A DNA stretch of 43,800 nucleotides from Octopus bimaculoides (lineage: Eukaryota): positions 9,269,798 to 9,313,597 of the forward strand of contig NC_068999.1 of assembly GCF_001194135.2 (NCBI RefSeq), given 5' to 3'. A program made the translations under genes and the position numbers. Below, in pieces: positions 40,273 through 43,800 of the stretch. Numbering within the stretch: position 1 is the first letter of the stretch; the number at the start of each line of letters is the position of its first letter. The notes under the pieces were generated by a model. The model did no database searches. It saw only the letters and a list, made by a program, of their open reading frames with translations, and was not told where the DNA came from.

Positions 40273-41099
40273 TATATATATACCCTACTATTATGTGTGA
40301 TTGTCCTAAATGTTAGTCAAGCTCAAACCATAGTGCATTAGGATCGGAGGGATTGATAGAACCGTTGACGGCGCCAGAAAAAAATGTCTTACAATATTTA
40401 GTAGCAACCTCCTACGAACAGAGTTGAAGTTCTGCCAACGTAACTATCGCATTTCCTCTTTTTGTTTTCAGTCAAAAAAAGAACTGACCATGTTCGTTCC
40501 CTCGTCGTCCAAATCAATGGCTCTGAACCATATATTTTTGGTACCTATGGACTCCTTTGAATACTATTCTATACTGGAAGGCCCCACAGCCATTCGATGT
40601 TTTAGAGATACTTCTTTCAAAATTCCTATTATTCTTCATATTACCTTGTGCAGGTTGAACTATTTAAATCATCAGAGAAAGACATTTAGGTGTTTCTTGC
40701 AATAAATACAGGTGAAAGAAAATGTTTTCAGGTTCCCTTAATACACCGCTGTGGATTCCCATTTTCCTGTTTTGCTTGAGTGGACCCCAATCTGGACATC
40801 TGAACAGAAATACTGCACTATATGGAGGTCATTTACTTTTAAGTAAAATCAATGTTAGAATGTTGTGGATAAACATAAAAAGCTGATGTACGGAGATGTA
40901 CTTGCATAGCAAGTGACCCGATCTGAGATCGTGTGCTGGAACGAAAACAATTGCAGCGTGGAAGGTGTTCATAAGCCATTTAAGAAAGACACATAAAACC
41001 GTTAGATCCGTTTCAATATTTAAATTCAATTTGTCAAAATATTTTATTCGCTTTGAGACCGGGACCTGTTCACTGACAAAATTCCGAGAAGATATACCC

Positions 41100-41142
<43 letters not shown>

Positions 41143-41229
41143 CATCTCTCTCTCTATCTATCGATCTATCTATCTGTCTGTCGATCGATCGATCGATTGA
41201 TCTGTCTGTCGGTCTGTTGTCTGTGTATG

Positions 41230-41263
<34 letters not shown>

Positions 41264-41357
41264 TGTATGTATGAACGTATCTCTTCTATCTATCTGTCTG
41301 TCTATCTATAAAGGTAGGCAGATCCATTGGAGAAAAGAAAGAGAGAGATAGAGGGTG

Positions 41358-41409
<52 letters not shown>

Positions 41410-41435
41410 GAAGAAGAAGAAGAAGAAGAAGAAGA
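41100..41435. repeat. Compound (TATC)n/(TATG)n/(AAT)n/(GAA)n microsatellite cluster
   Basis: Read directly from the sequence. Confidence 0.95.
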
Positions 41436-41539
41436 GGTGCTTTCACGCTTTTATGCTTATAGAATCCTTGTATGCTGGATTTCTGGGATCACTTGTAGTG
41501 CATTAGAAACAGATTTCTCTTTTAAAATTCCGTTTAGAC

Positions 41540-41713
41540 CTTTCTTCAATTGCAGTTAGATCTGGAAGGAGTTCAACAAGTTCTCTTCTGCTCAAGTATC
41601 GTTCTTTCATCATAGAAATCTCTCTCGCATTCTTCTTGCTCTGGTGTTGTAATCCTATTACATAAGTATACTCCAAGGGCCAGCGATGACAATTACGTTG
41701 ATGGCAAGAATTA
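41540..41713 (-). CDS. Candidate coding exon of an unidentified gene (174 nt, phase 2-2; or a terminal exon to the stop at 41503-41505)
   Basis: Pyrimidine-rich acceptor ttcactttaaatcttcaccacatttaacag. The open, non-repetitive frame reads NSCHQRNCHRWPLEYTYVIGLQHQSKKNAREISMMKERYLSRRELVELLPDLTAIEE(R). The donor AG|gtctaa is weak and no family is recognised. Confidence 0.33.
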
Positions 41714-42070
41714 CTGTTAAATGTGGTGAAGATTTAAAGTGAACTCTTAGGGAGTATGGATCATTGAAATACTATGCTGGAAGTATTTATTGAAAATATT
41801 TGCAGAGTTTACAGAAAATAAATATTTACGTGTATATTAGATAAGTTAAAATTTAAGAATATGGAGTGCTGCAATTTAAATATATTTTAGGGTTTTCATC
41901 ACAAGATTCAATCGCATATTTAATATCTCCTCCCCCCCCCCCCATCATATTCACCTACTTGTTTCTGTGATTCATTCTTTCTCCATTTCCATTTCTCTCT
42001 GTCTCGGTCTTCCTCATTTCCTACATGTCTATATATCGCAATATGATACGTTTGATAAGTATAACTACTA

Positions 42071-42456
42071 CTGCGCAGATGCAATGGCCCAGTGGTTAGA
42101 GCAGCGGACTCGCGGTTGTAGGATTACGGCTTCGATTCCCAAACAGGGCGCTGTGAGTGTTTATTGAGCGAAAATACCTAAATCTCCACGAGGATCCAGC
42201 ATTGGGTGGTCGCGAACCCTGCTGTATTCTTTCACCACAACTTTCTCTCACTTTTTCTTCCTGTTTCTGTTGCTCCTGTATTTCAAAGGACCAACCTTGT
42301 CACATTCTGTGTCGCGCTGAATCTCCCCGAGAACTACGTTAATGGTACACGTGTCTGTGGAGTGCTCAGCCACTTGCACGTTAATTTCCCGAGCGAGCCG
42401 TTCCGTTGATTAAATCAACTGGAACCCTCGTCGTCTTAACCGACGGAGTGCCCTGT
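42071..42456 (+). mobile_element. SINE-3, full length, with 12-bp target-site duplication
   Basis: Homologous to 34251-34617; flanked by the direct repeat GTATAACTACTA at 42059-42070 and 42457-42468. Confidence 0.93.
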
Positions 42457-42800
42457 GTATAACTACTAGTCGAATGAGTAAATTGCACACTATTTATAAT
42501 ATATGTATGTATGTTTGTGTGTGTGTATAAGAGAGAGAGTGTGTACGTGCACGCTCATGCGTATAGGTGTATGGTTCTGTAAAGGTTAGGGTAAAGGCAA
42601 TGAAAGCCCNNNNNNNNNNNNNNNNNNNNNNNNNNNNNNNNNNNNNNNNNNNNNNNNNNNNNNNNNNNNNNNNNNNNNNNNNNNNNNNNNNNNNNNNNNN
42701 NNNNNNNNNNNNNNNNNNNNNNNNNNNNNNNNNNNNNNNNNNNNNNNNNNNNNNNNNNNNNNNNNNNNNNNNNNNNNNNNNNNNNNNNNNNNNNNNNNNN

Positions 42801-42990
42801 NACCGATGTTATCTAAAGGTAAGGCAGTTTGGCACCAGCGGCGTCGCAACTCATTTCTACTGCTCAGTGAACTAGAACAACGTGAAATATAGTGTCCTGC
42901 TCAAGAATATAACACGCAGCCCGATCCGGGATTCGAAGTCACTAACTCGTGATAGTGAGCTCGAAACTCTAACCACTGAGCGATGAGCAT
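42801..42990 (-). mobile_element. SINE-4-related copy with a different 3' part, running into a gap
   Basis: Minus strand GCTCAGTGGTTAGAG..TTCGAATCCCGG..TTCTTGAGCAGGACACTATATTTCACGTTG..AAATGAGT matches 5558-5705, then diverges. Confidence 0.8.
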
Positions 42991-43014
42991 ATATATATAT
43001 ATGCACACACACAA

Positions 43015-43090
<76 letters not shown>

Positions 43091-43103
43091 TGATAGAAAA
43101 GAC

Positions 43104-43154
43104 AATGATGATGATGACGTGATGATGATGATGACGTGATGATGATGATGACGT
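43104..43154. repeat. 3 x 17-bp minisatellite GATGATGATGATGACGT
   Basis: Units at 43104-43120 (first base differs), 43121-43137 and 43138-43154. Confidence 0.92.
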
Positions 43155-43195
43155 GATGATGTTAAAGAGAAGGAAGGGGGAAATTGTTGATTATA

Positions 43196-43235
<40 letters not shown>

Positions 43236-43666
43236 CGACGACGACGATATAACGATGACGATTATAGAGATGACGAGATCGTCGAAGACGTCGGCTACGA
43301 AGAAATCGACAGTTCCATCGTTGAGAATAACGAAGAAGAAAACAGTGAAGATGACGTTAGAGATGACGGTTCAGACGTTGGCGGTGGTTTACACGAAAGT
43401 GATGACGACATGACAGCGATAATGGTAACACTGCTTCCCATTATTTATTTATTTATTTAGTTATTTATTAGTATTATATTTTGTTGTTTTTGTAGATTGT
43501 GTTTTCTTTGCTTGCTTGAAAAGCGTGTGTAATATGTCTTATCTTCTGAGCCACAAAAACCAATCAGAAATACAAGCACGAACCACACACCACCGCCAAC
43601 GAGACCACCACTACCACCACCTCCAACGAGACCACCACCATCACCACCAACGAGACCACCACCACC

Positions 43667-43698
<32 letters not shown>

Positions 43699-43800
43699 CA
43701 GCGAGACCACCACCACCACCGACGCCGCCATGCCCATCACCATCACTATTACCACCACCATCTACCACCAGCAGCACACCACTGCAAAAACGTCTAACAC

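Noticed and set aside
40472-40560. Plus-strand exon candidate KKRTDHVRSLVVQINGSEPYIFGTYGLL* after a strong acceptor
   Set aside because: No recognisable homology, and the opposite strand of the same region has equally protein-like frames, so the strand cannot be decided. The minus-strand WFRAIDLDDEG EF-hand resemblance lacks the required loop residues.
42575-42609. Interstitial telomeric repeat (GGTTAGGGTAAAGG)
   Set aside because: Only one or two imperfect units; more likely the tail of the SINE-4-related element that enters the gap from the other side.

Overview
Eukaryotic, AT-rich, microsatellite-saturated draft genomic DNA. It has 19 N-gaps totalling about 7.8 kb (~18%), mostly flanked by simple repeats. 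The SINE families and repeat landscape look like an octopus genome (inference from recalled octopod SINEs, not a database search). Almost every ORF in the supplied track is an artefact of microsatellites or N-gaps, and I could not identify any protein-coding gene. Supportable content: (1) about 20 copies or fragments of four tRNA-derived SINE families (my labels SINE-1 to SINE-4), one with a clean 12-bp target-site duplication; (2) a dispersed, decayed ~550-bp 28S rRNA fragment covering most of the peptidyl-transferase domain (16835-17380); (3) the 3' end of a CR1/L2-type LINE with a terminal stem-loop (40048-40272); (4) a ~195-bp zero-spacer palindrome inside a SINE (30033-30226); (5) many simple and compound repeats. 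Several small exon-like segments occur on both strands; the best is 41540-41713 on the minus strand, but none is confirmed. I found no clearly novel multi-gene system. The best leads are the fold-back palindrome, the rRNA fragment, module shuffling among the SINEs, SINE-borne microsatellites, inverted SINE pairs and a speculative degenerate hammerhead-like motif.
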